Positions 41,255-49,767 of a DNA stretch of 64,000 bases are shown here, one piece after another. Location: positions 1 through 64,000 of IMG/VR virus record IMGVR_UViG_3300022407_006288; one strand, given 5' to 3'. Numbering within the stretch: position 1 is the stretch's first letter; each line of letters opens with the position of its first letter. Position numbers and translations under genes: made by a program. Source of the DNA: a virus. The notes below the pieces were generated by a model that was not told the DNA's origin, ran no database searches, and was given only the letters and a program-made list of their open reading frames with translations.

Positions 41255-41640
41255 ATGTAGGGTTGACAAGCCCGGTTAGTATTTTGTTGGCGTGTCGTTC
41301 GGAATGGAGCGCAACAGCCAGGTCCTTTGAACATGCAAGGGCAAGACTATAAAAAAGCGGCCTATGTCGCGAGTAAGATAGTCGAGTTTAAGTTTGCGGT
41401 GGGTATGTGAAAACAGGGTATGGCCCGCCGGTTGCGTAATTATTTTCTGAAGAATAATTACATATGCAATGAGTCTGTATGAAGTCACAACTTCTTGGGC
41501 CCCTTCCGAAACGCTATCAAATGCGTGTAGTTGACATAATCAATCCAACACTACAAAAAATATTTCGGTTCAGAATCTGGCGAAACTGTCATGGTTTTTC
41601 CATATCTAGGTTTTAGATACCCTTGATCTGACTCCTCCGT
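41255..41640 (+). ncRNA. Candidate large structured non-coding RNA
   Basis: GC-richer, lacks a credible ORF, about ten adjacent stems including a UGU-GAAA-ACA tetraloop and G-U pairs favouring the + strand; TAAGTA late-like promoter at 41244-41249. Confidence 0.5.
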
Positions 41641-41669
41641 CATGTATTCCTTAAAATATAAAATAAGTG

Positions 41670-41724
41670 TTTTAAAGAATGTTTTAAACAATATTCTTTA
41701 AAATATTTTTAATTGCGAAGCAAT
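41670..41724. repeat. Inverted repeat plus GCGAAGC mini-hairpin (origin-like)
   Basis: TTTTAAAGAAT/ATTCTTTAAAA perfect 11-bp arms (41670-41703); ATTGC-GAA-GCAAT (41712-41724). Confidence 0.6.
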
Positions 41725-41752
41725 CAGTACGAAAGATATTACGAAGCGAAGT

Positions 41753-42328
41753 TTACGTAGCGAGTAATTCTTGATGTACTTGGTCTGCAAGACCATTAAT
41801 GATAAGATTAGGCTTTTTGTAAATACGCCTAACAAGTTTAAGTATATCTTGATTGTTCTCGTTGATAATGCCGAGATATGGCCGTAAAAATGCGCCGTAT
41901 ATTTCGTCGGAAATCATCTTTGTAGTAAGTACACCAGTAAATTTCTGGAAGTATAATGACACAAAAGCACTAAGGCGCAGTTCTATGTCGCCGTGTAAAG
42001 TAGATAAATTTGCCCTTGTAACAGGATCAATGTATCTTATTAGTTTAATCTCACCTTTTACAATATACAATTCGGTGATTATAAAATTACTATTGGGTTT
42101 TTGAATGTAAATATATCCAGTATTGCTTATTACCGGAACATTAGATTTAAGAGATATATTTGCTTCTTCATCGGGCAATGAGTCAGTCTTAAATGGACTC
42201 CATTTAATATTTTGTGCATCAAGTAATCTTGACAAATCATACACCCAGCGATGCTTGGGATATCGCTCCCAACATTCGAGATCGTCGCCGGGAATGTTAA
42301 ATTCCTGTGTTTCTAGTTTTTTATTCAC
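41753..42328 (-). CDS. Hypothetical phage protein
   Basis: 191 aa, GTG start with AAGGA RBS. Confidence 0.7.
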   Translation of the reverse strand: MNKKLETQEFNIPGDDLECWERYPKHRWVYDLSRLLDAQNIKWSPFKTDSLPDEEANISLKSNVPVISNTGYIYIQKPNSNFIITELYIVKGEIKLIRYIDPVTRANLSTLHGDIELRLSAFVSLYFQKFTGVLTTKMISDEIYGAFLRPYLGIINENNQDILKLVRRIYKKPNLIINGLADQVHQELLAT

Positions 42329-42340
42329 GATAATATTCCT

Positions 42341-42577
42341 TTACATGTATTCCTTGCCGCCGGCTGGGCTTTGTTCTTTGCGTCTTTTATTAATGACCTT
42401 AATTGATAATTCTCGATCCTCAAAACTCATTGCCCAAGCCGAATCTAATTCAATGCCACCGCCCATAAAGTAACATATATCTAGTATTTGTTCTTTTAAT
42501 GCTCTTGACTCATTGGTGTAAGATTCAATCAGGTCGCTTAATTTCTCTGGTGGGAGTGTAATTAAGGACCTTATGAA
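42341..42577 (-). CDS. -1 frame extension of the gp26-like protein (tail-assembly-chaperone T-segment-like); not in ORF track
   Basis: Frame open 42595-42341 without a 5' start codon; reads FIRSLITLPPEKLSDLIESYTNESRALKEQILDICYFMGGGIELDSAWAMSFEDRELSIKVINKRRKEQSPAGGKEYM. Confidence 0.7.
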   Translation of the reverse strand, partial: FIRSLITLPPEKLSDLIESYTNESRALKEQILDICYFMGGGIELDSAWAMSFEDRELSIKVINKRRKEQSPAGGKEYM

Positions 42578-43413
42578 AAATTTACAGGATTGAAGTCAAT
42601 TTCGTTTTCCCATTCGTTGCTACATTTTTCACATGTTGCCATAAACACTCGTTTAATGCCAATTTGATTGATTTCTTTAATTAAGTCGGAAATTTTATCA
42701 ACACTTTTTTTATCAATATTTTGTAAAAATTCTTTAATGTCATCTTTGTTATCTACGTTTATGTCATTGCCTTCATCTACAACTTTAACAATTGAACTAC
42801 ACATGAGAACATAGGTAATTTTTGACATTTCACTAAATGCACTTGCAAATAATTTCATTCTGGCTTCGTCGGTGATTGTTTCGCTTTCGACTGCTCTTCT
42901 AAGCTTGTTTTGTTCAAACTGAGCGCGTAACCCACTTAACAATTCTGGGAATCCGTAAGGTTTAACAAAAATACTAATACCGGATTCTAAATTTACAACG
43001 TATTCCTCATCTAGATAGCTCATGTTATCAAGCGCATATTGAAGATCGAGCTTAAATAAATTTGGATGGCTACATTTATTACATGTAATCTCAGTTTCTA
43101 ATGCATCGTTGTATGTTGCATATCTGATGGCTGTAATAATTGCATCAACATCGTTGGTTAACAAAACCCTGGGATCGCTGACTGCAGGTGCACAACTTTT
43201 AATTATTTCAACAATGGCTTCTCCGTTCAGCAAAGCATCTGGATTCTTAAGAATAAGTTCGTCTTTTCCAGTCATAGCCATGATTCCAATTTCACCAGAA
43301 TCAGTGAAATTTATAGCACCCGGCGCATAGTACGATGTTCCTCCTGGCAATTTTATATAAAGCTTGAATTGTCTAAAATATTGCTTTAGGGGATTTACAC
43401 GAGTTTGTTCCAT
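42571..43413 (-). CDS. Baseplate hub/tail assembly chaperone, T4 gp26/gp51 family
   Basis: YIKLPGG, MTGKDELILKNPDALLNG, two CxxC pairs; start moved to MEQ (AAGGA RBS) because the MINK start at 43473 is the late promoter itself. Confidence 0.75.
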   Translation of the reverse strand: MEQTRVNPLKQYFRQFKLYIKLPGGTSYYAPGAINFTDSGEIGIMAMTGKDELILKNPDALLNGEAIVEIIKSCAPAVSDPRVLLTNDVDAIITAIRYATYNDALETEITCNKCSHPNLFKLDLQYALDNMSYLDEEYVVNLESGISIFVKPYGFPELLSGLRAQFEQNKLRRAVESETITDEARMKLFASAFSEMSKITYVLMCSSIVKVVDEGNDINVDNKDDIKEFLQNIDKKSVDKISDLIKEINQIGIKRVFMATCEKCSNEWENEIDFNPVNFS

Positions 43414-43435
43414 GAATTTTTCCTTGAAAATATTT

Positions 43436-43471
43436 GATAAATAATATGAAATATGTTTGCTCTTATTTATC
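43436..43471. promoter_or_regulatory. Face-to-face late promoters
   Basis: GATAAATA + at 43436-43443 (to tape measure); GATAAATA - at 43464-43471 (to gp26-like gene). Confidence 0.7.
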
Positions 43472-43494
43472 ACGGGACTTAACTGAATAATACT

Positions 43495-46029
43495 ATGGCT
43501 GATAATTCTGTTTTTATATCTGGTATTGCCGATGGTGCTCTTGAAAATGAGCTGTCTAAACTACCGGGATGGGCTACCGAGTCAACAGCAAAGAATATTC
43601 AAGGCATACTTGCAAAAACATACGCACTTCAGGCTAAATCATTTGCTGAATTGATTAAGAAAAATGCCACAGGCGGCGGATTATCGCCTGAAGAAATGGC
43701 AGATTTTAACAAACAGATCAAGGATGCAAATAAAGGTCTTAAAAAACAACAAGATAGTGAAGCAACGTGGAGGAAAAAGACTGAAGCCGAACACGGTAAA
43801 GAAGATGCTAGAAGAAAAAAGGATGCCGATTACTTTGATAAAAAGGCAGTCAAAGAACTTGCTATACTTTATCTGCAAACCGAAATTCTTGAAGCTTACA
43901 AACAAAATTTTGCTGTATTCACAAGTCTTAACGAATCAGGTATTAATCTTGTTGATGGGTTTGATAGTGTTCGCGACGGGTTTGACGGAGTAGCCCAATT
44001 ATCGGCACTAACCGGAGTTAGATATACCGAATTAGCAGCATCAATGGAAAAATATAATACAGCAATTAATGCATTTGGTGCAGGTAAATTTGCTAAAACA
44101 GTAGGACAGTCATCGGCATCCTTGGCACAGTTTGGATTTTCTAGTAAAGAAGCAGCAGATTTATTAGGGGCGTACCTTGATTCACAGTCAAATTTTACTA
44201 ATATACAAAACAAAACTCAGTCAGAAACAACACAAGATTTAGAAAAATTTGGTGAAAGAATAATGAAACTTTCAATAGTAACGGGTCAATCTAGGACTGC
44301 TATTTTAGCAAACTTAAAATCGGTTACTGACAGTACTGAAGCTAACATATTGCAAGGACAAGCCGGTGCTGCTGCTGCCGGATCAACACTAGAATTTGTT
44401 TCGTCCTTGAAAAATCAGCAGTTTGGTAGGCAGTTGCTTAAAATGATGACTGATCAGATCAAACCACTAAACCAGACATTCCAGAGCTTTCAAAAGATTG
44501 GGCAGGGTGGTTTTGCTCAAAAGATGACAGCATTTACTGAAAGCATAAAAGGATTAGATCCAACAGAACAGGCACAAGCACTAAAGTCGTTTGAAGAAGC
44601 CAATCGTGCCGAAATTGAACACAATAAACAACAAGCAAACCTATATAGTCAAATACCAGAACTTGCAGGTGAAGCAAATGCAGCATTAGAGACATATAAA
44701 GGGCTACAGCAGTCTGCCAATGCAGTGACTCGATTAAGCGCCGAGGAATTAGAAAAATTAAAGAAGACAAATAAGTCAAGAGCAGATTTTAATACACAAT
44801 ACGAAAAACTTATGTCAACCTTTCAGCGTATATTTTCTCTTAGCACGCCGGTACTAGATGCACTTACCTTAGGACTAACAGGATTAAATTGGGTAATTGA
44901 TAAAACCATAGCATTGTTTAAGTTTTTTGATGATACTATTCTTATGCCCTTTATTGGATCGTTTGGCGATACCGGAAAATATATAGCTGAGATAGGCTCA
45001 CTTAATTGGGCAGGGCTTGCATTTGGTGCCGCAGCGTTAATTAATACTATGCCTAAACTTTTATCATTTACTAAAGGCCTTTTAGGTCTTCTTGGAAGTG
45101 CCGCCGGCGGCGGTGGAGGCGGCGGCGGTGCAGGAAAAGGAAAAGCCGGAAGTGCCGCCGGCGGCGCCGCCGGCGGACTTTTAAGTGGTGTAGGCAAAGG
45201 ACTTGGCGGCATTTTAGAGGGCATTGCCAAAGGCTTATCTGCTCTCGGATCACCTAAGGTATTACTCGGAGTAGTTGCACTAGCAGGTATTGCCGGAGCA
45301 TTATGGGTTACAGGCAAAGCAGTTCAACAATTTGTAGGACTAGACTGGAAAACCCTGGCCCAGGCAGGTGTTGCACTTGTAGGTCTTGGTGTAGCCGGTG
45401 CTGCTGCTGGTTTAGCAGCACCATTAATTGCGCTAGGCGCCGGTGCCCTAGGATTAATGGGCGGGGCACTATGGATTATTGGCCAAGCAATACAGGCAAC
45501 AGGTACTGGTCTGCAAATGTTTGCTACTTCACTTGATACATTAAGCAAGTTAAATGGGGATAATCTTGGCAATGTTGCAAAAGGTCTAGGCGAACTAGGG
45601 GTGTCAATAGTAGCATTTTCCGCATCAAGTTTGTTTTCATCGACTGGTATAGAATCACTCACAACAATTGTAGGACTAATAAACAGTTTAGATTTAGCAA
45701 AAGCAACAGCATTTGCCAGTATAGGTAATGCTAAATCGGTGTCGTTACCTTCACCGTCCACAACCGCAACTTCTCCTTCTACACCCAAATCGTCTACGTT
45801 AAACAGCCCATCGCAGGTATCGTCTTCGCCCGAATCCAATGGTACACAATCAACCACAAAAGAAACAGCAAGTGCCTCTCCGGGCGGGACAGAAAAACCA
45901 GCTACGCCCGGAGATGTATCTACTGCAATAGGATATCAAAGCTCTCTATTAGAGCAACTACTCCAGGCCACAAATAGTGTTTTATCTGTAAATAAAGACA
46001 TCTTAAAATATGCAAAGGTTAACGCATAG
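43495..46029 (+). CDS. Tail tape measure protein
   Basis: 844 aa, helical A/G/L-rich, hydrophobic mid-C region, S/T/P-rich tail; adjacent to chaperone gene. Confidence 0.7.
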   Translation: MADNSVFISGIADGALENELSKLPGWATESTAKNIQGILAKTYALQAKSFAELIKKNATGGGLSPEEMADFNKQIKDANKGLKKQQDSEATWRKKTEAEHGKEDARRKKDADYFDKKAVKELAILYLQTEILEAYKQNFAVFTSLNESGINLVDGFDSVRDGFDGVAQLSALTGVRYTELAASMEKYNTAINAFGAGKFAKTVGQSSASLAQFGFSSKEAADLLGAYLDSQSNFTNIQNKTQSETTQDLEKFGERIMKLSIVTGQSRTAILANLKSVTDSTEANILQGQAGAAAAGSTLEFVSSLKNQQFGRQLLKMMTDQIKPLNQTFQSFQKIGQGGFAQKMTAFTESIKGLDPTEQAQALKSFEEANRAEIEHNKQQANLYSQIPELAGEANAALETYKGLQQSANAVTRLSAEELEKLKKTNKSRADFNTQYEKLMSTFQRIFSLSTPVLDALTLGLTGLNWVIDKTIALFKFFDDTILMPFIGSFGDTGKYIAEIGSLNWAGLAFGAAALINTMPKLLSFTKGLLGLLGSAAGGGGGGGGAGKGKAGSAAGGAAGGLLSGVGKGLGGILEGIAKGLSALGSPKVLLGVVALAGIAGALWVTGKAVQQFVGLDWKTLAQAGVALVGLGVAGAAAGLAAPLIALGAGALGLMGGALWIIGQAIQATGTGLQMFATSLDTLSKLNGDNLGNVAKGLGELGVSIVAFSASSLFSSTGIESLTTIVGLINSLDLAKATAFASIGNAKSVSLPSPSTTATSPSTPKSSTLNSPSQVSSSPESNGTQSTTKETASASPGGTEKPATPGDVSTAIGYQSSLLEQLLQATNSVLSVNKDILKYAKVNA

Positions 46030-46070
46030 TTGGTGTGATATTAATAAAATATTGCCGATATGCTTTTATA

Positions 46071-46078
46071 GATAAATA
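46071..46078 (+). promoter_or_regulatory. Late promoter GATAAATA
   Basis: Upstream of portal, GAGGGG RBS follows. Confidence 0.7.
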
Positions 46079-46108
46079 GCAGATAATAAATAATACGAGG
46101 GGCATATT

Positions 46109-47833
46109 TTGACGTGGAAAAAATTCTTTAAGCCGGTAAATTCCGTGTTACCTGCTGCACAAAGGTCGATAGACAGCACATCTGCGTATGCATCGACTGC
46201 AAAATACAGCAACTGGCTTCCCGAAGTATATTCTGGGCCACCTGATCGACTACAGCGATACAGTGTCTATGATCAAATGAATTTTGATCATGAAATTTGT
46301 GCAGCACTGGATACATTAGCTGACTTTGCCACAGAGCCGGATGCAGTTACAAAACTACCTCTAGTCATTCAGTATAATGATGAGCCAACCCCGTCTGAAG
46401 TACAGATTTTAGAAAAATCCCTAGGACAGTGGTGTAGACTTAATAAACTACCGCGTCGCTTGTGGAGAATGTTTAGATCAACACTGGTGTATGGCGATCA
46501 ATTCTTTATACGTGATCCCGAAACATTTAAGCTTTATTGGGTTGATCCTGCTAAAGTTGAAAAAGTTATTGTAAACGAAAGTGATGGCAAAAAAATTGAA
46601 AGCTATTTCATTAAGGATATTGACCTTAATATGAAAAGTTTAGTTGCTACAAATCAACTTAACAAACTTTCAAACGAAGCATTTGGATCTAATAGCATTG
46701 TATTCTCCCCACCTATGCAAGGTAATATGAACTATGTATCAGGCGGCTACGGTGGTGCTGGTACAGCAAACTATCAAGACGGCGGCGCAACAGCAGTTGA
46801 TGCCGAACATATTATACAATTATCGCTAACAGACGGCATGAATGCTGCTTGGCCATTCGGACTCAGCATACTAGAGCAAATTTACAAGGTTTATAAGCAA
46901 AAAGAGCTGTTAGAAGACGCAATTTTAATCTATCGCGTACACCGTGCCCCAGAACGTCGTGTGTTCTTTATTGACGTTGGCACCATGCCGCCAAATAAAG
47001 CACAACAGTATTTAGAGCGGGTTCGCTATGAAGTGCAGCAAAAACGTATACCAAGCCGCACAGGTGGTGGTGCTAACGTAGTTGATAGCACATACAATCC
47101 AATGAGTATTCTTGAGGATTATTTTTTTGCTGTGACAAGCGAAGGACGAGGATCTAAAGTTGACGTATTGCCCGGTGGAGAAAACTTAGGCGACATTGAC
47201 GACTTGCGCTATTTTAATAATAAAATGTTGCGTGCGTTAGGTGTACCCAGCTCGTACTTGCCGTCCGGGCCCGAAGACGGGTCTACATCAGTATCCGACG
47301 GCCGTGTTGGCACAGCATTTATACAAGAGTTTAGATTTGCTAAAGTTGTGACAAGATATCAACAACAAACTATTGAACCAATTGATTTAGAATTTAAATT
47401 ATTCTTAAAACATCGCGGTGTAACAATTGATAATAGTCTATTTGACTTGTCATATACACCGGCACAGTCTTTCTCGGAATACAGGCAACTTGAATTAGAT
47501 TCTGCTAAAATTAATACATTCACAGCATTAACTGATATTTCTTTTGTGTCTAAAAGATTTATTTTAAAGAGATATTTAGGGTGGACTGAAGCAGAACTTG
47601 CAGAAAATGAGCGTATGTGGAAAGAAGAACGCAGCCGCTTGTCTAAGTCGTTCCCAGCAGAACAGGGTGGCGGATCCTCATCAACTGGATTATCTGATAT
47701 AGGTATTACAAGTTCGGGCATTGACAACATGGCACCCGAAGGCGGAGGAGAGATTGACGAATTTGAACCATCTGGAGAAGAAGGAGCACCAGAGGTCACA
47801 GATACCGAAGTTGATAGCTTTGGGGAGGAATAA
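46109..47833 (+). CDS. gp20: Portal protein, gp20-like (TTG start)
   Basis: LLEDAILIYRVHRAPERRVFFIDVGTMP, EDYFF....GRGSKVDVLPGGENLG.IDDL.YF. Confidence 0.95.
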   Translation: MTWKKFFKPVNSVLPAAQRSIDSTSAYASTAKYSNWLPEVYSGPPDRLQRYSVYDQMNFDHEICAALDTLADFATEPDAVTKLPLVIQYNDEPTPSEVQILEKSLGQWCRLNKLPRRLWRMFRSTLVYGDQFFIRDPETFKLYWVDPAKVEKVIVNESDGKKIESYFIKDIDLNMKSLVATNQLNKLSNEAFGSNSIVFSPPMQGNMNYVSGGYGGAGTANYQDGGATAVDAEHIIQLSLTDGMNAAWPFGLSILEQIYKVYKQKELLEDAILIYRVHRAPERRVFFIDVGTMPPNKAQQYLERVRYEVQQKRIPSRTGGGANVVDSTYNPMSILEDYFFAVTSEGRGSKVDVLPGGENLGDIDDLRYFNNKMLRALGVPSSYLPSGPEDGSTSVSDGRVGTAFIQEFRFAKVVTRYQQQTIEPIDLEFKLFLKHRGVTIDNSLFDLSYTPAQSFSEYRQLELDSAKINTFTALTDISFVSKRFILKRYLGWTEAELAENERMWKEERSRLSKSFPAEQGGGSSSTGLSDIGITSSGIDNMAPEGGGEIDEFEPSGEEGAPEVTDTEVDSFGEE

Positions 47834-48271
47834 ATGAAAATACGAGACATTATATTAAATGAAATATTTGATAGCAATGTCTCGGGTAATCTAGTAAGAG
47901 CAACCTCGGACTTGTTTACTACAGAGGCAACTATAGGCGACCGCAAAATTGTATTTAATGCGGCCGAATCCGACGGAAATAAATGGGAAATTGAGTTTTT
48001 TGAAAAACATCGAGGAAGCATGTCTTACGGAAAAACCGGCTCGGGAAGTGAGATACAAGTATTTTCATTTATTATTGAATCTATAAACGAATTAATTTCT
48101 AGATATCACCCGGATGAAATAACATTTAGTTCACATAAAGCAGACGGTAATAGAACAGATTTGTACAAAAAAATAGTAAGTAAAATTAAGATTCGCGGGT
48201 ATCACCTTTCAGACATAGTGGCTGGGCAACATGCTGATATATTTCGTATTGTCCGGGATGATAACAACTAA
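47834..48271 (+). CDS. Hypothetical protein, possible internal head protein
   Basis: 145 aa; MKIRDIILNE N-terminus; TGSG...VF...I.F...R..LY pattern. Confidence 0.65.
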   Translation: MKIRDIILNEIFDSNVSGNLVRATSDLFTTEATIGDRKIVFNAAESDGNKWEIEFFEKHRGSMSYGKTGSGSEIQVFSFIIESINELISRYHPDEITFSSHKADGNRTDLYKKIVSKIKIRGYHLSDIVAGQHADIFRIVRDDNN

Positions 48272-48289
48272 TACATTTAAAATATAATT

Positions 48290-48297
48290 GATAAATA
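48290..48297 (+). promoter_or_regulatory. Late promoter GATAAATA
   Basis: Upstream of 48320 ORF. Confidence 0.65.
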
Positions 48298-48319
48298 TAC
48301 TATATTACAGAGGGTGTAT

Positions 48320-48535
48320 ATGCGTGCTGTGGAAATGCTAACTGAATTTTATGATCCTGCCGATGATACATTGGGTCAGGCAAAAATGGATGACACTCGG
48401 CGCCCGAGATTAACTCTGCATCATTTACAGAAGCTACGAAAATCCAGGGATGCCGAAAAGTACGAAAAAGTTCAGCATTTAGAATTTTTACCAGATATGT
48501 ATGATACCGCTGCTCAGAATGAAGGCGGTTTATAA
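48320..48535 (+). CDS. Small conserved head-region protein
   Basis: DDTRRPRLTL.HL.KLRK motif; ATG at 48320 with GAGGG RBS. Confidence 0.7.
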   Translation: MRAVEMLTEFYDPADDTLGQAKMDDTRRPRLTLHHLQKLRKSRDAEKYEKVQHLEFLPDMYDTAAQNEGGL

Positions 48536-48574
48536 AGTGGTATTTTATATTGTATGGTATGTAGCTAAATAAAG

Positions 48575-48609
48575 CTATACAACTATACAACTATACAACT
48601 ATACAACTA
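48575..48609. repeat. Tandem octamer (CTATACAA)x4
   Basis: Four exact copies 48575-48606 plus partial CTA. Confidence 0.9.
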
Positions 48610-48730
48610 AATCACTAAAATAGCCTCTTTTATGGCCATTTACGGCACAAAATCTCTCTATTATGTTAAATACCTAGAATACCATTTAAATGGAATTTTT
48701 GAAATTTAAATAATAAAGGAGAGATTAGGC

Positions 48731-49744
48731 ATGTCACAACAAAAAAAGCTTGAAAAAGTGTTAGATCTTCTATTAAGTGAAGATTCCGACCAAGCAGCCG
48801 AACTTCTCCACCAAGTCATTGTAGAAAAAGCTCGTGTCATATATGAAAGCATTGTTGAAGAAGAAGACAGTGCCGAAGATGATGCAGCGGACGATGTTGT
48901 TGGTGGTGAACCAAATAAAGACTTTACAGACGCTATTTCATCAGATCAAGAAGAAATTGATGCCGATGAACATAATGACGGCAAAGCTAGCGGCGACTTT
49001 GATGATCTTGAAAGCGAAGAGCACGAAGAATATGAAGACTTCAAGTCACAAATTGAAGAACTTCGCGCAAAATTTAGCGAAATAACAGGTGAGTTATTAG
49101 ATACAGTCGATAGTACGGAAGATGAACTTGACGATAACGAATCAGAAGAAGACGAAGAAGAAGGGTACGATGACGAAGCGGATGACGAATTAGATTCCGA
49201 TTTTGATGAAATCGAATCAGATTACGTAGCAGAAGACAGTCATTGTCACGAATGCGATTGCAATCCTTGCGAATGCCCCGAAGAAGAGCATCCAATGTTT
49301 GAAAAGAAGAAATCAGCTAAACTTAAGGTAGCCCCACAAGCAAAGAACATGCCTAAGGGTAAAAAAGTTGCAGAAGAAACTCAATTCTTAAAGAAGACAG
49401 CTGATACTGGACAACGCGGCACAGCCAAGTTTGTTGGTACAGGCAAAGATTCACAGCTTGGTGCCGAACAGGACAGGTCAGTATTTTCAACAGCCCCATC
49501 AAAGCCAAGCTACGGTGGAACACCTGACAATTTACTAGGTAGCAAATCTACCGGCGGCGAGTATGGCAAATTTACAGCAGACAAAGGTAAAGATGACACT
49601 TTATCAGACAACGTAGATGTTAAACCAAAACATTCTAGCATTAAAGCCGATAGTACTGCCAAATACACTGGCGGTAAAGTAGCAGGTGAAGGATTTAATA
49701 AATCTCCTCTAACAAGAGCACCAAGCAAGCCAGGCTCACGGTAA
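48731..49744 (+). CDS. Acidic prohead core/scaffold-type protein
   Basis: Highly D/E-rich, between portal and protease; A.ELLHQ.IVEKAR.IYE N-terminus. Confidence 0.6.
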   Translation: MSQQKKLEKVLDLLLSEDSDQAAELLHQVIVEKARVIYESIVEEEDSAEDDAADDVVGGEPNKDFTDAISSDQEEIDADEHNDGKASGDFDDLESEEHEEYEDFKSQIEELRAKFSEITGELLDTVDSTEDELDDNESEEDEEEGYDDEADDELDSDFDEIESDYVAEDSHCHECDCNPCECPEEEHPMFEKKKSAKLKVAPQAKNMPKGKKVAEETQFLKKTADTGQRGTAKFVGTGKDSQLGAEQDRSVFSTAPSKPSYGGTPDNLLGSKSTGGEYGKFTADKGKDDTLSDNVDVKPKHSSIKADSTAKYTGGKVAGEGFNKSPLTRAPSKPGSR

Positions 49745-49767
49745 GAATAATAGGACTAATTTAAGCC

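Noticed and set aside
41263-41291. TTGACA as a sigma70 -35 box, or the RNase P 3' signature
   Set aside because: There is no -10 box at 16-18 bp, and the TTGACA lies in a hairpin. The AAGCCCGG resemblance lacks the GAGGAAAGUCC partner and is at the wrong end of the element.
41276-41488. 70-aa minus-strand ORF in the structured region
   Set aside because: No RBS or recognisable composition, and it coincides with dense + strand stems that better explain the sequence.
43414-43473. MINK... N-terminal extension of the gp26-like protein
   Set aside because: It arises from the GTGATAAATAAG promoter sequence; the AAGGA RBS supports the MEQ start at 43413.
44823-45857. Pro-rich minus-strand ORFs within the tape measure gene
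   Set aside because: Antisense read-out of Gly/Ala codons.
47359-48021. 220-aa minus-strand ORF across the portal end
   Set aside because: Ser-rich antisense of the acidic portal tail, with no RBS.
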